Assembly (NCBI GenBank): GCA_028876375.1
Contig: JAGWSB010000003.1
Location: forward strand, 1-58,651
Length of the DNA stretch: 58,651 nucleotides
From: Chloroflexota bacterium
Lineage (GTDB): Bacteria; Chloroflexota; Limnocylindria; P2-11E
Reading direction: 5' to 3'
Shown here piece after piece: positions 1 to 8,376 of this stretch. Made by a program: the position numbers and the translations under genes. Every line of letters starts with the position of its first letter. The stretch's first letter is position 1. The notes beneath the pieces are model-generated. The model searched no databases, had not been told where the DNA came from, and saw only the letters and a list, made by a program, of their open reading frames with translations.

Positions 1-807
1 CGCGCGCAGACGGGCGCTCTCGATGGGTTTGATGATCCCCTTCCAGACGGCCGGGCCGACGATCTCACCGTTGTGCTCCCGCTGTCCTGCGATACGTCCC
101 GAGACGAGAAGCCGGCGGAGGGCCGTTGTGTACCAAGGTCTGCCCGCCGTTGTCCGTATTCCCCTACTGTTCCACTCGCGCACAATCCCGCGGATGCTTT
201 CACCGGCCAGGACGCGTCGCGCAGCGTCGCTCAGCAGCGCTGCTTCGGAAGCGCGGATTGTTGTGCGGTCGTCGTCATAGCCGAACGGGCGGTCTCCGCC
301 ACCGCTGACCATGCCACCCTGAGCAAGCTCTTCATGCTTGCGGCGGACGCGCTCTGACTTGTGCTCCGATTCGTGGCGAGCAACTGCACCGGCAATCCGG
401 GCCGTCATTCGGCCCGTGGCCGTCGACAGGTCGTACTGACCCGCCTGCACGGTGAGGATCGGGATGCCAGCGACGTCTACGGCGTCAATGAACTCTTCCA
501 GCTCGCGAGGCGAGCGGTGAAGTCGGTCGGGGTGCCAAGCGAGGACGCCATCCAGCCCGCCGGACTTGATGTCCTCAAGGAGCGTTCGGTAGGCGGGGCG
601 TCGCTTGCCCGAATACGCAGACAAGTCGTTATCGGTGTAGACGCGAGCGACCGACCACCCGGTGCCCCTTGCGAGAGCTCGGCAATCCTCTTCTTGGCGT
701 GCGACGCCAAGGCCGGCGCCTACGCGATCGTCGCTGATCCGGCAGTAGATCGCCGCGTGCTGTGGCCTCGAACGGCCGACCGCTGCAACCGCGCGCCTGA
801 TAGACAT
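1..807 (-). CDS. Large serine recombinase (integrase), N-terminal 269 aa; runs off the left edge of the window
   Basis: Manual translation from ATG at 807 (SD GAGGAGG upstream): MSIRRAVAAVGRSRPQHAAIYCRISDDRVGAGLGVARQEEDCRALARGTGWSVARVYTDNDLSAYSGKRRPAYRTLLEDIKSGGLDGVLAWHPDRLHR...ARHESEHKSERVRRKHEELAQGGMVSGGGDRPFGY...; catalytic YxRxS, DRLxR and recombinase-domain PFGY motifs; no stop before base 1; codon usage less GC-skewed than the host genes. Confidence 0.93.
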   Translation of the reverse strand, partial: MSIRRAVAAVGRSRPQHAAIYCRISDDRVGAGLGVARQEEDCRALARGTGWSVARVYTDNDLSAYSGKRRPAYRTLLEDIKSGGLDGVLAWHPDRLHRSPRELEEFIDAVDVAGIPILTVQAGQYDLSTATGRMTARIAGAVARHESEHKSERVRRKHEELAQGGMVSGGGDRPFGYDDDRTTIRASEAALLSDAARRVLAGESIRGIVREWNSRGIRTTAGRPWYTTALRRLLVSGRIAGQREHNGEIVGPAVWKGIIKPIESARLRA

Positions 808-834
808 CCCAGTCGGCCTCCTCTCGTCAGGTAA

Positions 835-865
835 CAAGACGGTAGGCCTGAGTGCGCGAGGCTCA
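835..865 (-). mobile_element. Probable hybrid attachment site (host comM / integrated element junction), crossover near 846-852
   Basis: ComM similarity stops at ...GEVSLAH-S-G (codons 869-846), where the family continues with GVLFLDE; the recombinase SD and ATG follow within about 40 bp. Confidence 0.72.
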
Positions 866-1745
866 CCTCGCCGGGACGTGGCGGGACGCCGCCGCCGACG
901 AGCGCGAGGCGCGACGCGGTGTGGTGCGGCGCCCGGAACGGCCGCGCGGTGAGGAGCGGCCGATCCGGGTCGGTCAGGCCCGCGACGCTGTGGATCGCGC
1001 TCGCGAGCAGGACCTCGTCCGGCTCGAGAGGCGGGAGGATGGAGGGCAAGGCGCGCGCGAGCATCGTCTTGCCCGTGCCCGGCGGACCGATGAAGAGCAG
1101 ATTGTGGCCCCCCGCGGCGGCGATCTCGAGCGCGCGCTTCGGCGTGTCCTGACCCGCGATGTCCGCCAGGTCCACGTCCCACGACGGCTCGCGCGCCGGC
1201 GGAGGCACCGGCGCGGGCGCGAGCGTCGCACGGCCCTCCACGTGCTCGACCGCCGCGCGCAGATGTCCAAGAGGGATGGACTCGCTGCCCAGCGCCGCCG
1301 CCTCGGGCGCGTTGGCCGTCGGCAGGTACGCGCGGTCGATGCCGTTGTCGCGAGCCCGCAGGATCCGAGGCATGACGCCGCGGATCGGGCGGAGGGCGCC
1401 GTCGAGCGACAGCTCCCCCAAGCACAGGCCGTCGATCTCGCGCTCGATCTGGCCGCTTGCCTTGAGGATCGCCAGCGCGATCGCCAGGTCGAAGCCGGTG
1501 CCTTCCTTGCGGCGCTCGGCGGGCGCGAGATTGACGACGATGCGGCGCAGCGGGAACTCGAAGCCGGAATTGCGGATCGCCGACCGCACGCGCTCCCGCG
1601 CCTCCGACACCGCGGTGTCGGGAAGTCCGACGATCGAGAAATGTGGAAGGCCGTTCGCCACGTCCGCCTCGACCCACACGAGCGCCGTCTCGAGGCCCCA
1701 CAGCGCACACGTCCGCACCCGCGCGATCCCGTGAGGCGCGTCCAC
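846..1745 (-). pseudogene. comM: ComM/YifB Mg-chelatase-like AAA+ ATPase, 5' part interrupted by the element (ORF reads through to a stop at 720)
   Basis: IARVRTCALWGLE...GLPHFSIVGLPDTAVSEARERVRSAI, VNLAPAERRKEGTGFDLAIAL, Walker A GPPGTGKT, RPFRAPHHTAS, RPGEVSLAH; Walker B and C-terminal domain absent; about 300 aa; GTG start at 1745 chosen by eye. Confidence 0.92.
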
Positions 1746-1774
1746 CTCGAGGGCTATCCGATCCGCCGGGGAGC

Positions 1775-2470
1775 TCAACCGATGCGCTCCTCGCTCCCGA
1801 GCGGGTCGTAGTCCTCGTCCCACTCGTCCGAGAGCTCCTCTCTCCAGTTCGACATCGCGGCCGTGAGCGTCCTCCTGGACTCGAGGTAGCGCTGCTCGAG
1901 CCGTCGCAGCTCATCCCACGACCCGACCACCCACAGCTTCCGCGCACGGCGCGCTTGTCGCACGAGCAGCTCCCCCTTTTGGAGGCGGGTGACCCACTCC
2001 GCGACCGACATGGGGTGGACACGCGTGTCGCGAGCGGCGACGTTCGAGAGCTGCAGCTCGACGACGCTCTTCGGGACGCTGCTCAGAACGATCAGATCGG
2101 AGCCGACGCACGGATAGCGCACCGTCGGCGACGAGGTCCGAGTGAGCCAGGCGATCATCGGCTGGGACAGGCGAAGCAGCGTCTTTCGCAGACCCGGGAC
2201 GTGTCCGCGAGCCTGTCGGATCAGCCTCCCCAGCTCGCTTCCGAGCGGATCGCCGACAACGACGGTGTACGACGTCCGCCCGCCCTGAGTCGCCGCGCGT
2301 ACCAGGCCCATTTCCACCAGCCACTCGAGCTCCCGGGAAGCGTTCTGGTGGGGCTGCTGCGCCGCGCGCCCGAGCTCGCGGACCCCCCAAGGGTGCGCGT
2401 CGTCGAGGAAGAGGGCCGCCAGGACGTCGGCCCTCGAACGGGAGGCTGTGAGGGCCTCAAGGAGATCCAT
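1775..2470 (-). CDS. Winged-HTH protein with degenerate minimal nucleotidyltransferase-like C-terminal domain
   Basis: From ATG 2470: MDLLEALTASRSRADVLAALFLDDAHPWGVRELGRAAQQPHQNASRELEWLVEMGLV (ArsR/MarR-like wHTH), then IAWL...GSDLIVLS...VHPMSVAEWVTRLQKGE, matching the layout of wHTH-MNT proteins. Confidence 0.65.
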   Translation of the reverse strand: MDLLEALTASRSRADVLAALFLDDAHPWGVRELGRAAQQPHQNASRELEWLVEMGLVRAATQGGRTSYTVVVGDPLGSELGRLIRQARGHVPGLRKTLLRLSQPMIAWLTRTSSPTVRYPCVGSDLIVLSSVPKSVVELQLSNVAARDTRVHPMSVAEWVTRLQKGELLVRQARRARKLWVVGSWDELRRLEQRYLESRRTLTAAMSNWREELSDEWDEDYDPLGSEERIG

Positions 2471-2560
2471 CTGGGTAGGGATCGGAGGCGCATTGCGCGA
2501 CCGGTCGCCCCGGCCGCCGCTCCCCGAACCTGTTCCCTCGCGCAGCAGCGTGCGGGGAAC

Positions 2561-2659
2561 GGCATCACAGACGTACCACTTGTCCCACGTGTGATGCCGA
2601 TCAGTTCGATCGGCATCAGGAGTGGGACGATCGTCCCACGTGTGATGCCACTTTCCTCC
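2561..2659. repeat. Two tandem 38-bp imperfect palindromes (GGCATCA...TGATGCC) with a 13-bp spacer; copy 1 of a dispersed element
   Basis: 2561-2598 and 2612-2649; 17-nt direct repeat GTCCCACGTGTGATGCC at 2582 and 2633; perfect 18-nt palindrome 2622-2639; matches 34772-34823 in reverse complement. Confidence 0.9.
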
Positions 2660-2726
2660 CCTTCGACCGCGACCGCGGTAGGTGGGGAGAGGGGACAGCC
2701 TCACTCGTCGCCTTCCGCCGGGTACA

Positions 2727-3086
2727 TCACCCGTCGATTGCGTCGGCAAGCTGTGCGCGGATACCGCCCGGGCCGACGGTCAACGCCAGGACCGCGATCC
2801 GCCACGGCGAGCCGCGCCGGTGATGCACGCCGAGCCAGTTCTCGGCGAGCCGACCGAGACGTACGACCTTGCGCGGCCCGGCCGCCTCGATGGCCGAGAC
2901 GAAGGACGTCGCGCGCCTGGTCTTGACCTCGACAAAGACGAATCCGCTGCCGTCGTGGCACACGAGGTCGATCTCCCCGAACCGCGTCCGGACGTTCCGG
3001 GCGATGATCCGCCAGCCGCGCTCCGCCAGGGCGCGCTCCGCGAGCTGCTCGCCGTGAACGCCCAGCGCGTGGCGCAAGTCGGGCAC
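2727..3086 (-). CDS. yraN: YraN family (UPF0102) endonuclease-like protein
   Basis: GVHGEQLAERALAERGWRIIARNVRTRFGEIDLV...FVFVEVKTR; usual position between rnhB and comM. Confidence 0.92.
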   Translation of the reverse strand: MPDLRHALGVHGEQLAERALAERGWRIIARNVRTRFGEIDLVCHDGSGFVFVEVKTRRATSFVSAIEAAGPRKVVRLGRLAENWLGVHHRRGSPWRIAVLALTVGPGGIRAQLADAIDG

Positions 3087-3114
3087 GCGGAGACGATCGG
3101 CACGGCCTTGAAGG

Positions 3115-3786
3115 TCAGCCGGCGAGCGTCTCCTTCACCACCTCGTCCATGAGCCCGAGCTCCGTCTGCTCGGCGGCGAGGAGCACTCGGACGGTCCCGA
3201 AGTCCTGCCGATGGAGCGGCGTCAAGCCGCGTTCCTGGAGGGCGGTACGGTGGTCGATCGTGGGGTAGCCGCAGTTGTGCTCCCAGCCATAGCCGGGATA
3301 CCGGAGCGAGAGCTTCGCCATGAGCCGGTCACGCGTCACCTTGGCCACGATCGAGGCGGCGGCGATCGCGAACGAGCGCGCGTCGCCCTTCACGATCTCG
3401 GTGTGCCGACCGGCGGCGAAGGTGGGGTCGACGATGCGACGGCCGTCGACGATCACGTGATCGAACTCGCCGATCTGCCGGAGAGCGCGCCGCATCGCGA
3501 GGTGGCTCGCGTGGTAGATGTTGAGCTGGTGGATCTCGGCCACGGATGCGGCGCCGACGCCCACGCGCACCACGCGGGCGCGGATGACCGGCACGAGCGC
3601 CTCACGCTGCCCGCGGCTGAGGACCTTCGAGTCGCGCACCGCGCGAATGAGCCGACACCCCGGCGTCACGAGCACGGCAGCGGCGACGACGGGGCCCGCG
3701 AGCGCGGCCATGCCGACCTCGTCGACGCCGACGACCCGGGGGAGACCTTGGTCCCAGAAGCGCTTCTCGAAGGCGAGCGACGGCAT
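3115..3786 (-). CDS. rnhB: Ribonuclease HII
   Basis: VVGVDEVGMAALAGPVVAAAV, VRDSKVLS, VKGDARSFAIAAASIVAKVTRD, GYPT..H, HRQDF; ATG at 3786. Confidence 0.93.
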   Translation of the reverse strand: MPSLAFEKRFWDQGLPRVVGVDEVGMAALAGPVVAAAVLVTPGCRLIRAVRDSKVLSRGQREALVPVIRARVVRVGVGAASVAEIHQLNIYHASHLAMRRALRQIGEFDHVIVDGRRIVDPTFAAGRHTEIVKGDARSFAIAAASIVAKVTRDRLMAKLSLRYPGYGWEHNCGYPTIDHRTALQERGLTPLHRQDFGTVRVLLAAEQTELGLMDEVVKETLAG

Positions 3787-3799
3787 TACGCGAGGGAGA

Positions 3800-4165
3800 C
3801 TAGCGGCGCTTCTCCCGAAGGGTGGCGGCTTTTCCGACGCGCTCTCTGAGGAAATAGAGGGCCGCTCGTCTCGCGTGGCCGTGCCGCGTGACCTCGATCT
3901 TCTCGACGCGCGGCGAGTGGAGCATGAACGTTCGCTCGACGCCGACGCCGCTCGCGACACGGCGGACCGTCACCTGCTCGTCCAGCCCGCCGCCGCGCAC
4001 CCGCAGGACGGTGCCCTCGAAGTTCTGCAGCCGCTCCCGGTTGCCCTCGATGACGCGCACGGAAACGCGGACCGTATCTCCCGGACGGATCTCCGGGAGA
4101 TCGGTCTTCATCTGCTCCTGGGCAAGCTGCTTGAGGGCGTCTTCCATCGTCAATGTCATCGTCAC
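3800..4165 (-). CDS. rplS: 50S ribosomal protein L19
   Basis: [31 protein letters not shown]...[26 protein letters not shown]. Confidence 0.97.
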   Translation of the reverse strand: MTMTLTMEDALKQLAQEQMKTDLPEIRPGDTVRVSVRVIEGNRERLQNFEGTVLRVRGGGLDEQVTVRRVASGVGVERTFMLHSPRVEKIEVTRHGHARRAALYFLRERVGKAATLREKRR

Positions 4166-4188
4166 GGGGCCGGTCGATCATATCAGAT

Positions 4189-5184
4189 CTAGGGCGTGGA
4201 CCTCCGCAGCCGGTCGATGATCGTCACGTGGGAGACGCCGAAGTGCTTCGCCAGCTCCCGGATCGTCATGCCGGTCTTGCGCATCCGGTGTACGTCGGCG
4301 GCTGTCGGAGCGCGCTGCGCGCCCCGGGCGGGGCGCATCCGAACGCCGGCGTCGCGCAGGCGCGCGCGGACGGTGGCGGGCGACATCCCGAATCGCGCGG
4401 CGATGCGATAGGACCCTATCCCGGACCGATAGGCCCGGATGAGCTCGTCGTCGCCGACGCGGGCGCGCGGCGTCACGGCCCGCGGCAGGCGGGCTCGCTC
4501 CTCCGGCGTCAGGTCGGCCGATGCGAGCAGGTCCGGTCGGCGCTCCGCCGTCCGCCTGATCGACTCGGATCGTCGCCACTCCGCGATCGCCTTGTGGTCG
4601 CCGGACAGCAGCACCGGGGGCACGCGGCTTCCCTCGTGCTCGACCGGCCGTGTGTACTGCGGACCCTCGAGCAGGCCGCCGGTGTGCGACTCCTGCTCGA
4701 GCGACGCCGCCTCGATGACCCCGGGCACGAGGCGCACCACGGCGTCGACGACCACCATCGACGGCAGCTCGCCGCCGGTGAGCACGTAATCGCCGATCGA
4801 CAGCTCTTCGTCGACGTCGCGCTCGACGACGCGCTCGTCGACGCCTTCGTAGTGCCCCGCGACGAGGACGAGGTGCGTGAGCGCGGCGAGCCGCCGGGCC
4901 GTCGGCTCGTCGAAGCGTCGCCCCTGCGCCGAGAGGAGGACGACGTGGCCGTCGCCGCCGCGGACCGAGCGGATCGCGCGGCTCAGCGGCTCCGGCCGCA
5001 TCACCATCCCCGGCCCGCCGCCGTAGGGGGTGTCATCGACCGTCCGATGCCGGTCGGTCGCCCAGTCGCGGATGTCGTGTACGTGGACGTCGACGAGCGC
5101 CGCGTCCTGCGCGCGCTTCAGGATGCTCTCCCCGAAGGGCCCCTCGAACATCCGCGGGAACAGGGTGAGCACGTCGACGCGCAT
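4189..5184 (-). CDS. trmD: tRNA (guanine-N1)-methyltransferase TrmD with C-terminal tandem HTH extension
   Basis: [60 protein letters not shown]; about 90 extra residues with two HTH-like repeats; TGATG overlap with rimM. Confidence 0.95.
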   Translation of the reverse strand: MRVDVLTLFPRMFEGPFGESILKRAQDAALVDVHVHDIRDWATDRHRTVDDTPYGGGPGMVMRPEPLSRAIRSVRGGDGHVVLLSAQGRRFDEPTARRLAALTHLVLVAGHYEGVDERVVERDVDEELSIGDYVLTGGELPSMVVVDAVVRLVPGVIEAASLEQESHTGGLLEGPQYTRPVEHEGSRVPPVLLSGDHKAIAEWRRSESIRRTAERRPDLLASADLTPEERARLPRAVTPRARVGDDELIRAYRSGIGSYRIAARFGMSPATVRARLRDAGVRMRPARGAQRAPTAADVHRMRKTGMTIRELAKHFGVSHVTIIDRLRRSTP

Positions 5185-5690
5185 CACGCCTCCTCCTGCG
5201 GCGCGAGAACGATGCGTCCGGCGGCGAGGTCCACCTCGCGGACCACGGACTCGAGCATCGGGAAGAGCATCTCTCGCTCGCCGTCGCTCACGACCAGCAC
5301 GTCGGCGCCGCCGGCCCGCAGGATCTCGCGCACCTCTCCGAGGCGCTCTCCGCGAACGGTCAACGCCTCGAGGCCGATGAGGTCGTCCCACAGGTACTCG
5401 CCTTCGCGCCGGACCGCCGCGCGCGCCACGCGCAGCGCACGGTCGCGCAGCCTCTCCGCCGCGTCGCGGTCGACGATGCCCTCGAACGCGACGATCGGCG
5501 CGTCGTCCGTCCCGCGCACGGAGGCGACGCGGAGCGTCCCCTGATCGGTCCGAAGGACGGAGCCGACGCGAAAGCGCTCGGCGACGCGGTCGGTCATGGG
5601 CTCGACGCGTACTTCGCCACGGACGCCGTGCGGCGCGCGCACGACGCCGACGACGATCTCAGTCGATCTCGAGGTCGACCTTCGCGCCAT
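5184..5690 (-). CDS. rimM: 16S rRNA processing protein RimM
   Basis: [18 protein letters not shown]...[12 protein letters not shown]...GGADVLVV...[13 protein letters not shown]. Confidence 0.94.
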   Translation of the reverse strand: MARRSTSRSTEIVVGVVRAPHGVRGEVRVEPMTDRVAERFRVGSVLRTDQGTLRVASVRGTDDAPIVAFEGIVDRDAAERLRDRALRVARAAVRREGEYLWDDLIGLEALTVRGERLGEVREILRAGGADVLVVSDGEREMLFPMLESVVREVDLAAGRIVLAPQEEA

Positions 5691-5901
5691 CGCGCGTCGC
5701 CACCACCTTCAGCAGCGCCCGGACGGCCTTCGCCATCCGGCCCCCGCGGCCGATGACCTTGCCGACGTCCGGCTCGCCGACGCCCAGGTGGAGCTTCAGG
5801 ATGTCGTGGTCCGTCGTCTCGGTGACGACCACGGCGCTGGGGTCCTCGACCAGCTGTCGAGCGATGTGCTCGAGGACCTTTCCCTCGCGCGTCTCGGTCA
5901 T
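5659..5901 (-). CDS. khpA: KH-domain RNA-binding protein KhpA
   Basis: LVEDPSAVVV...DVGKVIGRGGRMAKAVRALL; conserved rpsP-khpA-rimM order. Confidence 0.92.
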   Translation of the reverse strand: MTETREGKVLEHIARQLVEDPSAVVVTETTDHDILKLHLGVGEPDVGKVIGRGGRMAKAVRALLKVVATRDGAKVDLEID

Positions 5902-6167
5902 CGGATGACCGGCGGGACCTCGGCGTCGGGGATGCCGGCCTTCACGAGAAGATCACGCGCGGTCTCGGTCGGCTTGGCGCCGGTCTTGAACCAATGCTTC
6001 GCGCGGTCGAGGTCGACGACCAGCTCGACGGGCTCGCGGCGCGGGTCGTAGTGGCCGAGCGTCTCGATGAAGCGGCCATTGCGGGGCGCGCGGGAGTCGG
6101 CCACGACCAGCCGATACGTCGGCTGCTTCGTCTTCCCTTGGCGGCGCAGGCGGATATGTACGGACAC
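5898..6167 (-). CDS. rpsP: 30S ribosomal protein S16
   Basis: GTG at 6167 after SD GGAGG: VHIRLRRQGKTKQPTYRLVVADSRAPRNGRFIETLGHYDP. Confidence 0.96.
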   Translation of the reverse strand: MSVHIRLRRQGKTKQPTYRLVVADSRAPRNGRFIETLGHYDPRREPVELVVDLDRAKHWFKTGAKPTETARDLLVKAGIPDAEVPPVIR

Positions 6168-6169
6168 AG

Positions 6170-7474
6170 CTACCTCCGGAGAGGTAAATGGTACGGCAGG
6201 CGCCCACCCTTGGCCATTCCGCCCAGCTGCTTCATCAGCTTCTTCATCTCCTCGAACTGCCGGAGGAGCTGATTGACGTCGGCGACCGTCGTCCCGGAGC
6301 CGCGGGCGATCCGCTTCCGCCGGGAGCCGTTGATGGTCGACGGATCGGCGCGCTCGCCGCGGGTCATCGACGAGATGATCGCCTCGACCTTCTTCAGCTC
6401 CTTCTCCGCCTCGGGGCCGCTGGGCATCTGCTTCGCCAGCTGCCCCATCCCGGGGATCATCTTGATCAGGTCGCCGATCGACCCCATCTTCTTGAGCTGC
6501 TGGAGCTGCTTGTAGAAGTCGTCGAGCGTGAAGCGCGCCTCGAAGAGCTTCTTCGCCTGCTCCTCGGCCTCCTTCTGGTCGACGACCTCTTGCGCCTTCT
6601 CGACGAGCGTCACGACGTCGCCCATGCCGAGGATCCGCTGCGCGAGCCGGTCGGGGTGGAAGACCTCGATCGCGTCGAGCTTCTCGCCCGTCCCCAGGAG
6701 CTTGACCGGTATCCCGGTCGCGGCGCGGATCGACAGCGAAGCGCCGCCGCGCGCGTCGCTGTCGACCTTCGCGAGCACGAGGCCGGTGATGGGCAGGCGC
6801 GCGTGGAACGCGGTCGCCGCGTCGACGGCGTCTTGTCCGGCCATCGCGTCGACGACCAGAAGGATCTCGTCCGGTTGCGTCGCGGCGACGATGGACTCGA
6901 CCTCGGACATCATCGCCTCGTCGATGTGGAGGCGGCCGGCCGTGTCGACGATGACGGTGTCCCCGCCCTCCAGCGGTACGTTCTTCGGATCCGCGCGCCG
7001 AACGGGTACGCCGAGCTGCTTCCCCAGCGCCTCGAGTTGATCCATCGCCGCCGGGCGGTGGATGTCCACGGTGACGAGCACCGGCTTCCGCCCCTGCTTG
7101 CGAAGGAGATTCGCGATCTTCGCCGAGCTCGTCGTCTTGCCGGACCCCTGCAGTCCGACCATGACGATGACGGTCGGCGGCGTCGCGGCGCGCGCCAGCG
7201 GCGAGGCCTCTGTGCCGAGCATCTCGACGAGGGCATCGTGCACGATCTTCACGACCTGCTGCGCGCCGGTGACGCTCTGGATCACCTGCTGGCCGATCGC
7301 CCGCTCGCGCACCGTCGCGACGAGCTGCTTGACCACCTTGAAGCTCACGTCGGCCTCGAGCAGCGCGACGCGCACGTCGCGCAGTGCCGCCTCGAGGTCG
7401 GCCTCCGTCACTCGCGGGCGTCCCTGCAGCGTCGCGAACGTCGCGGTCAGACGATCTTGGAGCTGCTCGAACAT
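6170..7474 (-). CDS. ffh: Signal recognition particle protein Ffh
   Basis: ALLEADVS, GLQGSGKTT, DTAGRL, DSDARGG, ILGMGDVVTLVEKA, M-domain SRRKRIARGSG. Confidence 0.97.
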   Translation of the reverse strand: MFEQLQDRLTATFATLQGRPRVTEADLEAALRDVRVALLEADVSFKVVKQLVATVRERAIGQQVIQSVTGAQQVVKIVHDALVEMLGTEASPLARAATPPTVIVMVGLQGSGKTTSSAKIANLLRKQGRKPVLVTVDIHRPAAMDQLEALGKQLGVPVRRADPKNVPLEGGDTVIVDTAGRLHIDEAMMSEVESIVAATQPDEILLVVDAMAGQDAVDAATAFHARLPITGLVLAKVDSDARGGASLSIRAATGIPVKLLGTGEKLDAIEVFHPDRLAQRILGMGDVVTLVEKAQEVVDQKEAEEQAKKLFEARFTLDDFYKQLQQLKKMGSIGDLIKMIPGMGQLAKQMPSGPEAEKELKKVEAIISSMTRGERADPSTINGSRRKRIARGSGTTVADVNQLLRQFEEMKKLMKQLGGMAKGGRLPYHLPLRR

Positions 7475-8376
7475 CAGGGACGCCCGAGCATAGCCGCGAC
7501 GTACGCGCGCGCATCCATCGGGACGAGGTCCTCCGCCTTCTCTCCCACGCCCAGCCAGCGGACGGGCAGCCCCAGATCGTTCGCGATGGCGAAGATCGCG
7601 CCTCCCTTCGCGGTGCCGTCGAGCTTCGTGACGACGAGGCCCGTCACCTTCGCCGCCTTGGTGAACTCGCGCGCCTGCACGATCGCGTTCTGTCCCTGCG
7701 TTCCGTCGAGGACGAGAAGCACCTCGTCCGGCGCGCCCTCACGCGCGCGGCCGGCGACGCGGACGACCTTCTCGAGCTCGTCCATGAGATGACCCTTGGT
7801 GTGCAGCCGGCCCGCCGTGTCGGCGATGACGACGCTGTTCCCGCGCGACCGCGCGGCCTGGATCGCGTCGAACACGACCGCGGCCGGATCGCCGCCGGGC
7901 CGGCCGCTGACGATCGGCAGCCCCGTCCGTCCCGCCCAGCTCTCGAGCTGCTCGATCGCCGCGGCGCGGAAGGTGTCCGCCGCCGCCAGGAGGGGCGTCG
8001 CGCCCTCGTCGCGCATGCGCTTCCCGAGCTTCGCCGCGGTCGTCGTCTTGCCGCTCCCGTTGACGCCGACGACGAGGATCACCCGCGGCGTGCCGCCCGC
8101 CGCCGGCGGCGCCGGCGGGATGACCGCGACGAGCGCGTCGCGCACGGCGTCGAGCACCTTGGGGACCGTCGTCGCCCGTCCCTCGGCCACGACGTCGCGC
8201 ACCTGCAGCATCACCGGGTCGACGAGCGACACGGACAGATCCGCTCGGAGGAGCGCCTCCTCGAGGCGATCGAGCCACTCGTCGCTGACGGGCTCCTCCT
8301 CCGGCTTACGGAACGCGCCGAAGAGCCGGGAGATGAGGCCGCCTCTCGTCTTTTCGAGGCCCTGCTCGATGCTCAT
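7474..8376 (-). CDS. ftsY: SRP receptor FtsY
   Basis: GVNGSGKTTT, AADTFRAAAIEQL, DTAGRLHT, TKLDGTAKGG, GVGEKAEDL. Confidence 0.96.
   Translation of the reverse strand: MSIEQGLEKTRGGLISRLFGAFRKPEEEPVSDEWLDRLEEALLRADLSVSLVDPVMLQVRDVVAEGRATTVPKVLDAVRDALVAVIPPAPPAAGGTPRVILVVGVNGSGKTTTAAKLGKRMRDEGATPLLAAADTFRAAAIEQLESWAGRTGLPIVSGRPGGDPAAVVFDAIQAARSRGNSVVIADTAGRLHTKGHLMDELEKVVRVAGRAREGAPDEVLLVLDGTQGQNAIVQAREFTKAAKVTGLVVTKLDGTAKGGAIFAIANDLGLPVRWLGVGEKAEDLVPMDARAYVAAMLGRP

Noticed and set aside
23-834. Plus-strand ORFs 23-280, 73-357, 126-308, 361-834 and minus-strand 477-710
   Set aside because: Antisense or alternate-frame shadows of the serine recombinase gene
2561-2649. TIGR-like dual-repeat array (TGATG/CTGA resemble box C/D motifs)
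   Set aside because: Unit is 51 nt with only two units, and the neighbouring protein is a wHTH, not a Nop-domain protein; kept only as an unexplained repeat
2532-2659. Possible CRISPR array (17-nt direct repeat; GTTCCCCGCACGC resembles a type I-E repeat start)
   Set aside because: Only two units, the variable parts are short and self-complementary to the repeats, the I-E-like match is 13 nt in one copy, and no cas genes are in the window
2471-2749. N-terminal 93 aa of ORF 1775-2749
   Set aside because: Overlaps yraN and the palindromic repeat; the recognisable domain starts at ATG 2470
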